From the NCBI GenBank assembly GCA_951406725.2, contig OX597824.1, positions 66,092,001 to 66,156,000 of the forward strand: DNA of 64,000 nucleotides, given 5' to 3'. Position numbers and translations under genes: made by a program. The stretch's first letter is position 1, and each line of letters begins with the position of its first letter. The notes below the pieces were generated by a model, which saw nothing but the letters and a program-made list of their open reading frames with translations, was not told the DNA's origin and did not search any database. Source of the DNA: Octopus vulgaris. Taxonomy: Eukaryota. This document shows positions 37,193 through 51,080 of this stretch, piece by piece.

Positions 37193-39145
37193 CTAGAGTC
37201 AGGCAAAGAAGGGAAGCCCATATTAGAGAGAGAGAAAGGAAGAACAAAAGAAAAATCCCAATAATGAAGACAATTGGATTAATTAATATATGATTAGTAA
37301 GTATTCATTGGCTCAGTGACTGCGGAAACCCCTGATATACTGTCTCTGTAATAAATGCAATTTGGTGATCTTCAATTAAAAATGCTGAGATGGACAGTCG
37401 CTTTCTTTGGACAACCATACTATGTGATTGCTTAAAATTGTGTATATTCTGGGCAATTCCAGGTAGACTCATTAATCATGGGCTAATTTGAGATTAATAG
37501 AAAATTAGTTATCAAAGGACATTAAAAAGAAACAAAAAAAGAAAACAAAAAGAAATAAAATTGTGAAACTATGAAAAGAGAATGAAGTGAATATGTTACA
37601 GGTATGAACATCTCTGTACAGAGTCAATTCAGTTGTATGAAATATTTGAAGCCTATGTACACATCTGAGTGAGTCCTCTGCAATTTGACACTTTTACACA
37701 ATTAAGTCTGCCACAAATATTCCACCTATACATCTACTTCTATACTACATATCTGGCTAAGTAACATTGCTTCTCACCACACAACTGTATAATATGCACC
37801 TGAAACATCATTCATATGCACCTATGTTGCACTTGAGAATATCGGAGAAAAATATAGTAATATTTATTACATAAATAAGTTACTCATGTTACACTTATAC
37901 ACATGCTTAAGACAATTACCTGAAGTAATTTATGATTACATAACTCAGTTACATCATTTTGTATATCATCATTTAATGTCTGCTATTCAAGCTGGCATGG
38001 ATTGGACAGTCAGAAAGGAGCTGGCCAGCTGGGGAGCTGCCCAGGTCCTAATTGTCTACACACACAAGCACACACACACTGGAGGTTATCACACAACATT
38101 ACACTCCCTACATGATGACAAAGGGAACTTCTCAACCACACGTCTATACCTAGACCCAATATTTTATCTAAACACAATCTTATTACACAATCTATTAACC
38201 ACATTGTGTATAGACTTGAACTTGAGATAAAACTTCCTGCATATACATGTTACATGCTATAGGATGGGAATAGGGTTCCTCCCAGAATAAAATCTTAATT
38301 ACTCTACTTTTCTGTGTGTGTGGGGAAACTGTTATAATGTAAAATATTTCATGAACTGTAATAAAAGCAAAGATTATATAGGTGTGTCAGATTTAATGAA
38401 TGCATTTCTTATACAAATTAACTGGACTGGTCAGGCAGGGGGAGGCTCAGTCAAATCATATTGAAAAAGAATCTTTAATAAATATTTTATATTATTAAAA
38501 ATGAAAAAAAAAAAACTCAACAAAATATGGTAATAAAAAGACACACATACACACACACATATATGTATATTTCAGTTTTTTTGGATTAATAGATAAGCAG
38601 GTATTCTATTTCAGATGATACAAAAAAAATATAACCTAATGAGTATATCTGAAAGTAAAGTCATGCTATTTAGAACTTTTTGTTATGTGGGATCCTTCAG
38701 AGGCTAGTGTATCATGGGCTACTGACTGAATAATTGTATATGTAACAAGAAATTAGAAAGTGAGAATGAATCATTATCTTTGAACAAATAATTATATAAT
38801 GGTTGTATGGTTGTATTGGGCTGGGTTTTGGGTTCAGTCCCATTACATAAAATCTTGAGTAAGTGTCTTCTACTAGAGCTCTGAGCTGACCAATGTCATG
38901 GGAGTGAATTTGATAGCTGGAAACTGCAGAAGTGCATCATTCATACATATGTGTGATAACTGATGCTGGTGTGCTTATGACCCTGTAACTTAGTGGTTCA
39001 GCAAAAGAGACTGAAGTACCAGATTTAAAAATAGTATTGAGTTATCTGATTAACCATTCAAGGCAGTGCCCCAGCATAGCCACAGTCTAATGATTGAAAC
39101 AAGTACAAAGATATCTATCTATCTATCTATATATCTATCTATCTA

Positions 39146-39183
<38 letters not shown>

Positions 39184-39850
39184 TGTATAAAATTTATATA
39201 TGGAGAAAAGACCACTATGTGGTGGTCTTACATGCTAAAAAGGGCAGCCAAATTCCCAAACCATGAAAGAACATTCTTATTTAGAGCACTTTGATTGTAA
39301 GCAAGCACGACAATTTGAAAGAATTAAAATATCAGTTAATTCTATACTCCAAAGTTTCACCATTAATGATTAAATAAATCAATTAATCAATCAATTGATG
39401 AACTAACCACCTGTGGATCTTCAGTAGAATTGCTGGGACATATAATTATAAAACTTGAATATGCACAGAAGCACAAAAAAAAAAAACATGTGCATACAGA
39501 GTTTCACTGTTACACGTCAATATATATATATAGTTTGTTTTTATGTTCAGTTATAATAAAAACAATTTCACATTAATCTGATGGGTTACTCTATACTTTT
39601 GTAGAATATAAATTTATTATTCTTATATAAGGATGTTGATGGTGACTTCAAAGTTTTTAGGCCAGTTAAGCAACCATCTATATATATATATATATATATA
39701 AAACAATATGCGTATGTAGGAATAAATATACTTAATCACTTTTGTACTGTCTGCATATGTCTATGTGTTACTGTGTCTCAAAGAAAAAGAGTGGAAGAAA
39801 CAGACTGAAGATAATAAAACCAGAGTAAGTGGTCAAGACATGATACTTAC

Positions 39851-39953
39851 TTTCTGCCTTTGTAGGTGACCATAGCTTCTCCAATAGCTATTGGGAGGAG
39901 GTAGTTGGCATTGCTCATGTACTTGGAGATGCGGTTGTATATTTCTTGTGAAT
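39851..39953 (-). CDS. PACS: PACS exon (phase 1 to 2)
   Basis: tatatttcag|AT ... AGAAA|gtaagt; DSQEIYNRISKYMSNANYLLPIAIGEAMVTYKGR, cf. PACS LP.AEAMLT. Confidence 0.95.
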
Positions 39954-40086
39954 CTGAAATATAAGTATGACCAGTTAAGCATAAACAATGAAAGTAATTT
40001 GCAAAACTGAAGGGTAATGAATGTACTAAGACATCATTAAGTTAATGTAATGTAAAAATATTTGCTAATTGTCAAAGGATTCTTAA

Positions 40087-40300
40087 CCCTTCATTCAGCA
40101 TGCAGATCACTTTGTCAAGTGTAATGCCTATTTATTCCCATTGCTTTAAATTAATTGTGCATTATCTCGTAGCTTCAAAGTTTTGCTGATGTGATTGTTT
40201 ATTTTTAGAATGACATTGTAGGGTAGATGAGAGAGGTTGGATCTAGTTGGTTGGAACATACAACATGTAGAATATTTGGGCTGGATATGGTTGGCTACTT
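40087..40300 (+). mobile_element. piggyBac-type MITE fragment
   Basis: TTAA|CCCTT start; homologous to 26150-26345 in the opposite orientation. Confidence 0.5.
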
Positions 40301-41044
40301 CAGTTTCATAGCATTAAATAGAGAGGCAATGTTTCTTCCTGGAAAGGACATCAGCTTTTTAGCAGCTACTTTTCCATGCTTGTATGGGTCAGATAAAATT
40401 TATTGGGGCAGATTTTCTATGGTTGGATGCCCTTTCTGCCGCCACTGTTTCCATGCAAAGCAATAATCTGTAGTTTACTGAGCCACTTCCCAGACATAGT
40501 TACATGGTAAACTAGAAACAAACAACACTAAACAAGCTTTTGTTTACAAAGTTCATGTTGAACATCAAAACAGGAGAAGAAGCCCACACATCTTTTGTGG
40601 TTAACAGGTATGATAACTCCTGATGATCTGGTACTCATTTCATATAGGTACTTGAACTAAAACATGTAGAATTAAGTGTACGGCCCAAAATACGACCATC
40701 ACTTGGTATTTCAGTGTCTTTAGCAGTGCCCGCTCTGGTGCAAACATTCAGACTGGTTCTGTAGTATGAGGATAATTTGGTATCATGATGGACAACTGCT
40801 TCCTGCAGCAACCCACAAACTGTGGTTTCTTACTTTCTTCTTAGAGACCAAATAGCATTAAAAAAAAAGTTTTGCACTTCTTCCATTGACTAAGCTCATT
40901 CCCAACAAGAAGACATCAATAGAGCAGATTGAGTTGTCAGTCCAGTACTAAACTCAAACGACCATCTTCTACATTAAAGCAGTGGATGTTACAACTTGAG
41001 ATGGAAAACATTACACGAGAAAACATTACACAGAAAGGACTTAC

Positions 41045-41155
41045 CTAATTTCTGGTTTTCTGACTTCTCAAAAGTTTCCTTCCAGGAGTTGTCAGTAAAT
41101 AAAGAACTGTACACTGAATCAATATTAGCTAAATACTTTCCAATTGAACTAGCAC
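41045..41155 (-). CDS. PACS: PACS exon (phase 1 to 1)
   Basis: tctctttttctag|GT ... TTAG|gtaagt; GASSIGKYLANIDSVYSSLFTDNSWKETFEKSENQKL, cf. PACS GSHPVAKYLGSVD..YSS.F.D..W. Confidence 0.95.
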
Positions 41156-42652
41156 CTAGAAAAAGAGAAAGACAAAAGGAAAATTAAGAGCCATTTTCAT
41201 CATCCAAACTTACCAGAATCAGTGGGGCAATTGTCTCTATAATTGCATTCTCAGAAAGAAAGAAAGTAGCACCCAGACTGCCCTCAAATCACATGTTACT
41301 ACCTTAAAACAAGACACATAGGATAATGTAGTCTTGGGTATACGAAGCCTGAAAAAAATAAGGTGGATAGTCATGACTGGAATACTTTTAATTAAAGATT
41401 TGCTCAATTAGGCATGGCTCTGTAGTTAAAATCACTTCACACCTATAGTTCTCGGTTTCATTCCACTCTATGATACTTTGGGCATGTGTCATGTACCATA
41501 CCCTCATGGGTTAACCGATACTTTTTATGTAGAATTTGAAGATGGCAACTGTGAGGAGCCCCTTGTGTGTGCGCGTGTGTGTGTGTGGATGCATATATCT
41601 TTTGTTGATGTATATTGATGAAGACTAAAATTTGATACTAAATTTAACAAAAGTATTGAGGTTTGTCCCTGTGGATTCTGTTCAAATTTCACTGAGGTCA
41701 AAAGGTGGAGATAAAAGTTGTTAATGAAACAAGAACTCCTAAGATACTGGTGTAGATTCAAATAATTATACACCTCCCTTTTTATAAAGCATAACCTTAT
41801 ACCTAGTTAAATTTCATCATCATCACCATTTCCGTGCCCTTCATAATTATTATTCACTTCCATTGAGGAGTGATGTGTGGCAGAAATGATAGATATTAGA
41901 CCATAAATACTTTACAATATTTAAGGAGATTGGCAGAATTGATAGGGCAGTGGTACAGAGACATTTAGTTATGTTCATTTAAACTCATCAGCATTTAACA
42001 TCAACTTTACATACTGGCATGGACAGGACAGTTTGACAGGATTTGGTAAGCTACAAGGCTGCATCAAGTTCCAATGTCGGCTTTGGCCTGGTCTCTATGA
42101 CTGGATGCCTTTCATAATGCCAACCACCTTATAGAGTGCATTGGGGGCTTTTTATCTTGGCACTGGAACTAGCAAGGTTGTCATGTAACTTGCAAAATGG
42201 AGACAGGTGGCTTCATGCCAGGTGTTGAAAAGCTAAAGTATGATAGAGGGACAAGCACAGGTTTCCATTATGATTTCAAATTTCTGCTATAGTAGACTTT
42301 GTTTTTCATTCTTCTGAAACTGATAAAATAAGTAGCCACCAAGTATTGGGAATGTTATTCTCCTTACCCAAATGAAGCTTTGTGCTCATGTTAGAAATCA
42401 GTATTTATTACTTTATATTCCATGTTCAAATCTTACTGGGGTTAATTTATATTTTATCAATTTCCTTCAGAGATGAAAAGCTAAGGGATACAATAATGCA
42501 CAATGCTTTAGTTGAGAGCAGCTCCGCCCTCAAATATGTAATTAATGTCAATGTTGATAAGCCATATTATTTGGCTTCCATTGTGTTAAAAAAAATACAT
42601 GCATGTCTAACATTCACCCCCATCAGTGAGTAAACAATAGAGAAGTACTTAC

Positions 42653-42807
42653 CAAATGGAATGACTAGAAATCTGACATAGTGTTGCCAGTCAGGAGACT
42701 TAGATGAGAACTGCTCAACGTATGGTCGCAATATAGAGTTGATGTAGCCATCGTTGCCCGCCACACCAATTTTGATAGGAGAAGGACTTTTGGAATTACT
42801 GTTGCAG
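42653..42807 (-). CDS. PACS: PACS exon (phase 2 to 1)
   Basis: ttatctgttctag|C ... TTTG|gtaagt; CNSNSKSPSPIKIGVAGNDGYINSILRPYVEQFSSKSPDWQHYVRFLVIPF, cf. PACS CNCNS..P.PVK...DWLGYMRFL.IP. Confidence 0.96.
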
Positions 42808-43221
42808 CTAGAACAGATAAGTGTTGGCAAAAGAGTTAGTATAGTAAGAACAAACAGCATGAAAACTGACATACATATGCATATGAATGCACACAGATGC
42901 ATAATATTACACATACACAGACATAACTGAATATTCTAGTTGATCAACCAATTAAAGTATCTACTAATTGAATTATAGTATAAGTGGTTGAGAATTCTGT
43001 AGACAAATGTTTTCTCAGGCAGATCTAACATAACTTTTGATAAGGCTGGCTTTTTAAAATTACAGCTAGTCTCTTTGAAAGGTTTCTAAATGGGTTCTGC
43101 CAGTCTAGTCCCTCTTGTAAGTTCAGCCACTGAAAAGTTAATTTAGGAGCAGGTAATTTGGTCAATGAAACAACTGAATCTGCCCCATCAAATGAGATAG
43201 ATAGAGAGATAGATAGATAGA

Positions 43222-44205
43222 TATGTTTCTTTATTGGCCACACAGGGCTGAACACAGGGGGGACAAAATACAAAGTAGAGCTATTCTTTTTGGGAAGAGG
43301 AAAAAAAAAGGGGGGGGGGGTAGAAATTCAATCAAAAGGGAACATGGGAGGAAAAAAATGATTAATAGGGATTGTGTACCACAGAAATGTCATAATGTAA
43401 AAAGGGGAAACAGATAAGGTTTATCCGTGGAAAGAAAAGCCTACAGAAAAGACCACGGTAACCTTGGGCAATAATGTCATGCAAAAAAATACATTACAGT
43501 AAGTGACACTTTTTACCTTTCTTTTTTTTTGGTTCATAGGATTATGCTCAAGTTGGCTCCGTCATTCACACGTGCAACATTCAACCATCTTGTTTTGAAA
43601 CATTCACTAGACAAAACTTCCCTCTCTACTCTCACCTTCCTCTTCAAGTGATACTCGAAGAAGTTAGTGAGAGATTGACCAGAGAGGAAGGTATTTGTCT
43701 CTAGACCTTTCAGATGCATCCACCATACACATTCTTTTGCCATAGCCACAAGACTCTTCCTCCCCATTTCAAGGAAGGAGGCATGACAATATTCACAATA
43801 GACTCGTTTGATAAACTGACTTGTCCCACATGCGATAGCAGTTGTTTGACATAGGCCCACAGGTCGGAAATGGTTGGACACTGTACGAGTGCATGCAGAA
43901 CGATTTCGTCGCTCTGACCGCATCTTGGGCAGGTCAGCCCCGTGTTTCTCGAGCCATGCCTGTAGAGCTTATCCGAATGGGTAGCGCTTCTTGATAGCAC
44001 TGCCAGGCCAGGGATCTCTGGAAGTTGGCCATAGGTCCCGGCCCGAAAGTTGTCTTGAACAGGCGGTTCAGGGATTCCTCGTCAACGCCCAGGTTCGCCC
44101 CAAGATCGTCATACCTCCCCTCCACTTATTCCCTATAGAATGATTTGATTGTGTTGCAGTTGCTCAAGGTTGACCTGGGATGGCATAGTTGCTCGAGAGC
44201 AACGC
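43222..44205 (-). mobile_element. 5'-truncated Tx1/L1-clade LINE (ORF2 C-terminus plus 3' UTR)
   Basis: Frameshifted ORF2 pieces QRSLAWQCYQEALP, zinc finger CPRCGQSDEIVLHALVQCP...LW, AKECVWW; AATAAA at the 3' end; (GATA)n on both sides. Confidence 0.85.
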
Positions 44206-44759
44206 GAGATAGATAGATAGACAGACAGACAGATAGATAGATCTGATCCACCCCCCATCACAACTAGATAAAATATGGATTCTGTATCTTTCCTTATGTT
44301 TTTTTTTTATGTTACACACTGTCAATCAAATTCTGTCTGAGAATATATTAAGAGTACACATACACATATGCAAATAAACTGTGGTTGTGTGCACCTCCTT
44401 CTGGTATCCATGTACAGCTGGTGGATTGGGCAATTAAAAATTAAGCCTTTGTTAAATCAACAATCCGGCATTAGTGATATGGATTTTTCAACTGCCATGC
44501 CAACATACTAATAATAAACTAAAACACCCCATTTGGAGCAATATGTCTTCCCTAAGGGCAGAGGGTAGACAGTAAGAGTTGAATTGTTTACTGTTTGAGC
44601 AGTAGTTGACAGCTATCATGATGAATTTGAAAAGATGAAAAAAGGATAAAAAGATAGAAATAAAGATAGCTATACAGAAAGAGAGAAAGCAACAAAGAAA
44701 GGAAGCTGATAACAATAAATAGCCTTGTTTTGATCTGCATTTCAGTGTGTAATACTTAC

Positions 44760-44866
44760 AATTTCTGAATTCTGGTCACAAGAAAGTTGACCACAGCTTT
44801 TGTGTCTGCTGAGGTACATGTGGAGATCAGCTTGAGAGGTTTGTCCTGACATTTCTGTATCAGAAA
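44760..44866 (-). CDS. PACS: PACS exon (phase 0 to 2)
   Basis: tttgttttgcatag|TTT ... AAATT|gtaagt; FLIQKCQDKPLKLISTCTSADTKAVVNFLVTRIQKF, cf. PACS CTCS..VQA...LLTRIQRY. Confidence 0.95.
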
Positions 44867-45139
44867 CTATGCAAAACAAACAAAAACAAAACATTGTTAG
44901 TCTTGTAAGGAGAGGCGAAGTAGTATAATATTAACAATAAGATAACATTCAACTACATTAAAAACAAGATAGTATTAAGATACTTAACCCAGCATGTGCT
45001 TTGCTGATGAGGTCAGAATAAGACCAAATCACATCTGGAATTGTTTCCCATACTTGAGGGGAGAATAACAATAATATTCATCTTTAACTAATATGGTTTT
45101 TTCCTCACTGTAATTCTAGTCACCTTTTTAATGTTCCCA

Positions 45140-45805
45140 GTATGAAGTGTGTTAGCATTAATTCAACTATATATATATTATTATTAACAATTAATGATAA
45201 TCTGTTAACAACACAGTCAGTATTAGTTCAGACATTTTCAAATATTAGCAGTGCTATTAAAAAGCTACAGCAATGCTGGCAGTATCATAAGACAGAATTG
45301 CACTGGCTGATCATTATGAGAAAGAACAGTACTGTCAAATAAGATGGTTTAGCTATAAGGCAATGCCGCTGAAAGAGACAATTGTATTAGCAGAACTATT
45401 AGATTATTCTGGACTACTTGAAATGCATACAGGAGGTACTGATATATTAAGTGTTAATAGAATGTACCACTACTCTAACAGAAGGCATATTAATAGAATA
45501 TACCACTAATCAACTGTACTGGCATATTGATAGGCAATACTAATGTCCTGACGGTGATAATAGAAGACAAAAGTACAATGTTAACAGAAATTACTGCTTG
45601 AATAACAGTATTAATGGAATTTGCTACTACACTTGAAGCATTGTTAGAAAGTTCTGTTGTATTGGCAGATCTTGGTACTGCTGTGCTAACAGTGATAATA
45701 GAATAAACTACAATATTAGCAATGTTAACAGAAGGAACTACTGCACTGGCAGTGTTTGTAGACCTTCTCCTAACACTGCCAATGTTAAGAGGTCTACTAA
45801 CATGC
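45140..45805. repeat. Highly degenerate ~30-bp minisatellite
   Basis: Recurrent AATGTTAACAGAA / GTGATAATAGAA / ACTACTGCACTGGC modules. Confidence 0.55.
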
Positions 45806-46688
45806 ATTATGCTATTTTTTTTTCTCTGTTTTTAAAGTTTACAGTTAGTTTTATAGGAAGTGACATACAGTTAGTATACAGGGAGTGAGGTATCTCAGAA
45901 ACAGCTGTTAAGCCTAACACCACTGACTGATCCCAGCAGATGATGCTCATGCTGGACATCAACTCCATCAATCTCATAACCGGGAGCAAGGCCTGCAAAG
46001 ATCATGGGCATTGATTCCTTCTTCCCCTGATTAACTTATAATACCTTCCCACCTCACCCAGGCTGACGTTTTCTTATATGTTGATTCTATTCAAAGTATG
46101 AAAGAAGCAAAGATCTGCTGCCAGTATAATTTCTTGTGCCTAACATATCTGGGCAAAAGATATCAGTTCATCACCATCTTCCAGTTTTTCTTGATAAAGG
46201 ATTTTATCCCTGAAATTTCGAAATGTAAGGTAATAAAGTACAAATTTTGAGGTCACCTTTATTTCTGTTTTCACTCCTATATTTCCAACTTGAATTACAC
46301 TGTTTTTTGTTTTTTTTTCTTAAATAATTTTACTACACACAAGATTGGATGTGTAGGTGAGAAAATGATTGCTCAATACATATAGTAGAGGCTATTTATT
46401 TAGAAGTCGAGGATTCAATTCATCATTACTGATAGTTTCTCACTACATACAATAGTAAAATTGACAGAAAGATACATCTATTTGTCATTTCAATGATTGT
46501 ACATAAGAAACTGAGTTGCAACAAAGTGAATTATGAACTTCTGAAAATATATACATAAAATTTAATCGAAATTGGGTCTTCAATTGTGACCCGTTTCAAT
46601 TAAATTTTCTACCACATTATGCCTCATATTGAGTACTTTTTCTATTTTTATATATTACGCATGTCTGCATGCTTGTATATTATGTATT

Positions 46689-46722
<34 letters not shown>

Positions 46723-46827
46723 GAATTTCTAGTTTGTCTGGAATGTTGGAATAACTGTGAACTTAGAAAGGGTTAATTCAACAACTGCGGCGGAATTGCA
46801 AATAACTGCTATGGAAATGCTACTTAC

Positions 46828-46932
46828 CTGACCTTGCCATTCTGCTGTGTTTACCATGAGAAAGCAGTCGGGAAGCCTGTCTTCAGAGTTGCTACCTAGA
46901 GAACTTAACTGGTCAAGAAGAACTTTACGAGG
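46828..46932 (-). CDS. PACS: PACS exon (phase 0 to 0), start of the conserved C-terminal region
   Basis: ggcaacctgtag|CCT ... GGTCAG|gtaagt; PRKVLLDQLSSLGSNSEDRLPDCFLMVNTAEWQGQ, cf. PACS IPRKVVYDQL...LVNT.DWQGQ. Confidence 0.96.
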
Positions 46933-48065
46933 CTACAGGTTGCCAGAAAGACAGTTTGAGAGAAAGAGAGAGAGAGAGAGGAGAAAATGGATAGAGGAAG
47001 AGAAAGATACATCAATGTTAGAGCATCTGGACTAAATTTAAACAGAACACATAAAATAATGATGATAATGAGATGTACACACACATACACAAATATATAT
47101 ATATATATACACACGTGTGTGTGTGTAAGAGTAGAAATGTAAAGTAAACTCGGTAGTATGTGTTTTTAGTAAACACATGCTTGCATGTTTATTTTACGTT
47201 CCCACTTACACCTTTACTGTGTACTACTATACACACACACACACAGAGATATATATACATACATACACACACTGAGGAAACGAAAGATAAAACAAACAAG
47301 AGATTAATAATTTGATTTAGTGAATACAATGATTAATAAAACAATAAAATGTTTCATACTAATATATAAAGAGGGAGTAGAAACAGAGTTCCACACTGTC
47401 CTCATCTTTTAACAATTACAATAATAATAATAATAATAATATTAATAGTAAGAATAATATTAATGATGAAGCGATTAGATTATTCAATTTACAACAAATA
47501 TAGTTTTTTAATTATTATAAATGAAAATCTCAACTTAATTTCTATTTTTTTTTAATTTAAAAAAGTTAATGATTACATTTCTAGTGAGAGATGGATTGTT
47601 AGTTGTAAATAGGAGAAATGTTAGGTGTTGGACTGGAGTTTGGTATATGTAAGATATATATATATATATATATATATAGAAAGAGAGAGAGAGAGTGAAA
47701 GAGAAGCAGGGAGAGAGCAAACAGTAGAAATAAGATAGAGAATGTAAAAAGAGAAGAGAAGGTGGGAGTAGAAATTGATTGAGAGGAGAAAGATGGAGAG
47801 CAATCAGGAGAAATAATAACAACAATTTCAAACAAAACCACTCCAGATAGCATTCCATATGAGAGGCACTGCTTGGATATCTGATCTGAAGAGGGTGGAA
47901 CAACAACAATGAACAACAGCAGCAGTAGCAACAACAACAACAACAACCGTGGATTTATAATCGAAGTAAAGTCACCAGCTGATTTGCTCAAAGGTGCAGC
48001 TTCCCTGTCAAATGATGGACACTGCAGTGTAGTGGAAGATGGAGAAAGTCAACTGGTTAACTCAC

Positions 48066-48090
48066 ATTTGGATTATGAAACACAAACCCA
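48066..48090 (-). CDS. PACS: Candidate PACS microexon (25 nt)
   Basis: Branch-like TACTAAC then ttcatttttatcag|T ... AAT|gtgagt; reads GFVFHNPN and ends in phase 0, as the next exon needs. Confidence 0.55.
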
Positions 48091-48284
48091 CTGATAAAAA
48101 TGAAGTTAGTAATTATTACTAAGGCAAATACAGCTGGTTTTTAACACTGTCTTAAGAGTTAGCTTGGTAGAGCATTTCAGTAAACAAACACGTCACTAAG
48201 TCATAGATTAAGAATAGGTATTGTAGACAATCTAGCACATCACTGTATAGAACAAGTTTTACAAGATATACTGTAGCCAACATG

Positions 48285-48465
48285 AAACCACATTATATAT
48301 TAGAAGGAAGTAATAAATATAACCAACACCACCATATAAGATTAAGAATATATATATACAGATATATAAAACCAACACCACTGTTTAAAATAAGAAGTGT
48401 TATATATAACCGACACCACTTTATAAATTTAGAAAGTAATAAGAACTAAACAACACCACTGTTAG
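48285..48465. repeat. Degenerate 40-50 bp tandem repeat
   Basis: 4-5 copies of an AACCAACACCACT core with AT-rich spacers. Confidence 0.6.
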
Positions 48466-49299
48466 AGACACCAATTAAACACAGCAAGGGAGGTGGTCTG
48501 ATGTTCTATCTATTCTGCAACTCCACCACTATTTTGTTCAATAGTTTAAGTATCTTGTTAATCCATCACCCTTTATAATAATGATTTTTTTTTTTTGGTC
48601 ACAAGAGTTTTAACAAAAACAAAAATAGTCCCATGGAGTGAGGGAATCAAACCCTGATTTCCTGCTCTGCTTAGCAAGCAGATTAATACCATTATATTAC
48701 CTATAAATAATTATAATAATAATTATAATACTTCTCTTGCATTTATCATGCACAAGGCCTGCAGTAAGATATCTGACAGACAAACAATGCTGGTCTTAGC
48801 TATAGTACCTCAAAATTACAATTTAAGTAAAATGTAGGTAAGAACAAAAGTGTAGAAATTGTGGTGATGTATTGTTAAAAGGTGAACAACATGTTTTAGG
48901 AAATAGAAGTAGGAAAAGTAGGATGGGGAATAATTTTAGGAAATACAGATAGGATGGACATTAATTTCAGTTAATGGAGGATGGACTATAATTTTGTGAA
49001 ACGAAGAGAGGAGAAAGCATAAACAAGAAGTGACTCAAAGGAAAACAGCAAAAGATAAATGATTGACAATGAGTTAAAGCAGAAAATTTTTAGTTAGAAG
49101 GAAAAGCTTAGAGATTAAGTTAGCCCTATGATATTGCTAATTCATTACACTTCAGATACTAAGATCTTATGGGAAGAAAACTACAACAATCAAAAGCTTT
49201 AAGGATTCTTTATGTTTGAATAATATTATTGCATGTAAGCAATTATAATATTTGGTGGTTGTTGCAGATTTACTAACCCCTGAATAATGCATTCATGCA

Positions 49300-49475
49300 C
49301 ACGGCCACTAAACCTTTCTCTATTTTCTGTCCTTGTTTATTTCTGTGTTTCTTTCTGTTGAGGAGCGTAGGCTCGAAATGTAAAAGACTTTCTCACTTCC
49401 CGAGCGCTAAACTAATACATCTGTTTGTTGTTTACACACCCATCTTAGTCTTTTGTTTTTTTGTAAATTCTCACT
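49300..49475 (+). mobile_element. Penelope-like terminal-repeat remnant
   Basis: Homologous to 2355-2525; TTGAGGAGCGTAGGCTCGAAATGT; followed by (TA)n. Confidence 0.5.
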
Positions 49476-50231
49476 ATATATATATATATATATATAAAGA
49501 AAATTTAAGTTTATACAATAAATGTACTCTTTATCCTAAATTGAAAGGTCTAATGAAATAATTTATTTTCCCTGAATATTGATAATTTAGGTATTATAAT
49601 GTTAAAAGAAAGCAATAAATTAGAATTTATGAAGGATGTGAGACTTATCAAAGTTAAAAATCATTATTTTTATTTTCAAAATGATATATTTCCTTTTGAT
49701 AGTCAATATTCAATTAGAAATGCAACTTCAAAGGATACTGGATGTTTTTTCTACATGGGTGTTGTGTGCGTGTCTTAAAATCAATTTTATGAAATCCAAA
49801 TACTGTGACAATTTCCTTTCACTTCTTTTCATCCAGTTTTATATAAGTATGAGGTGAATGTCTTCCTTCCATGACTGAAGCATATGGAGTAATGTTACAT
49901 TACACAGGGGCATGAAGTAATTAGCTGTAGTAAAATATGAACTCATTAACATTAATTTAATTTCATAGCTGCTCTGCTATTGTAAGAAATCACTGACTGA
50001 CTCCCCTCCCACCCTTCAGATTCTTTTGGGAGTTGAATGTCAAGAGAATCAACTAATGGCATGAGTCAAGATGATCCTTCCTAAGTTTTTGTTTCTTAAA
50101 TTGAAACAATATTAACAACTATTAACATTGGTGAGAAAATTGTCAGTACACTAGTATCAAATAGAAATACTTTATGATATTTATTCTGTCTGAGTTGCAG
50201 AGACATACCCTTGCCACATTCACCATCGGAC

Positions 50232-51080
50232 CATCATCATCATTTAACATCCGCTTTCCAAGCTGGCTTGGGTTGGATGGTTTGACATGTGGTTCGCTAG
50301 CAGGGAGCTGTTCAGACTACAACTGTCTGTTATGTCATGATTTCTACAACTGGATGCCCTTCCTAATGCCAACCACTTTAACAGAGTGTGCTGGGTGATT
50401 TTTATGTGCTACTGGCATGGGTGTATTTACGCAGCACTGGCACAGGTCCACTAATGCAGCACCAGCATGGGTGCTTTTCAAGTAGTCCCAGCACCTGAAA
50501 GGAGCAAGCTTGTACAAGTGGAAGACAACTATTTTGACGTGTCTTATCAAGTACAGCAAATCACTACATCTGGTCCTCTTGTCATTTCCTCAGTGAGGTC
50601 CAGCATCCAAAGATTCTTTCTCATCACTTCATCCCACATCTTCCTGGGTCTACCCCTTTCACAGGTACCCTACACAGAGCCCAGCACTTTTTTATGCAGC
50701 TGTCCTTATTCATATGTATCACATGACCAAACCAGTACAATCCTCTCTCTTGCACACAATATCTGATACCTCTTATACCAAGTGTTCCTCCTAAATCATT
50801 TACACTCTCATGTATGCACACTGACATTACCCATCCAGTGAAGCATATCAGCTTCATTTCTTTCAAGCCTTCACAAGTACTCTGTAGTCAAAGCCCATGT
50901 TTCACTGCCATGTAACATAGCAGTATGTACACAGGCATCATACAATCTGCCTTTCACTCGAAGGGAGAGGACCTGGGTAGAACAAAGGTAGAAGCTCTCT
51001 GAACTTTGCTCAGCCCATTCTTATCCTAGCAACTACACTTTTAGAATTCCTTCCTCCACTGCTAACTTGGTCTCGAATAA
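50232..51080 (-). mobile_element. RTE-clade LINE 3' fragment
   Basis: LGIRGIRYCVQERGLYWFGHVIHMNKDSCIKKC resembles the RTE R.RWFGHV.RM motif; runs into the (GAT)n-tailed 3' module. Confidence 0.8.

Noticed and set aside
46058-46209. Possible 152-nt poison exon (cag|GGATAA ... TGG|gtgagg)
   Set aside because: Weak pyrimidine tract and no other support; not distinguishable from a pseudo-exon.
48285-48465. Repeat-spacer pattern superficially like CRISPR
   Set aside because: Eukaryotic intron, short degenerate cores, related AT-rich spacers, no cas genes.
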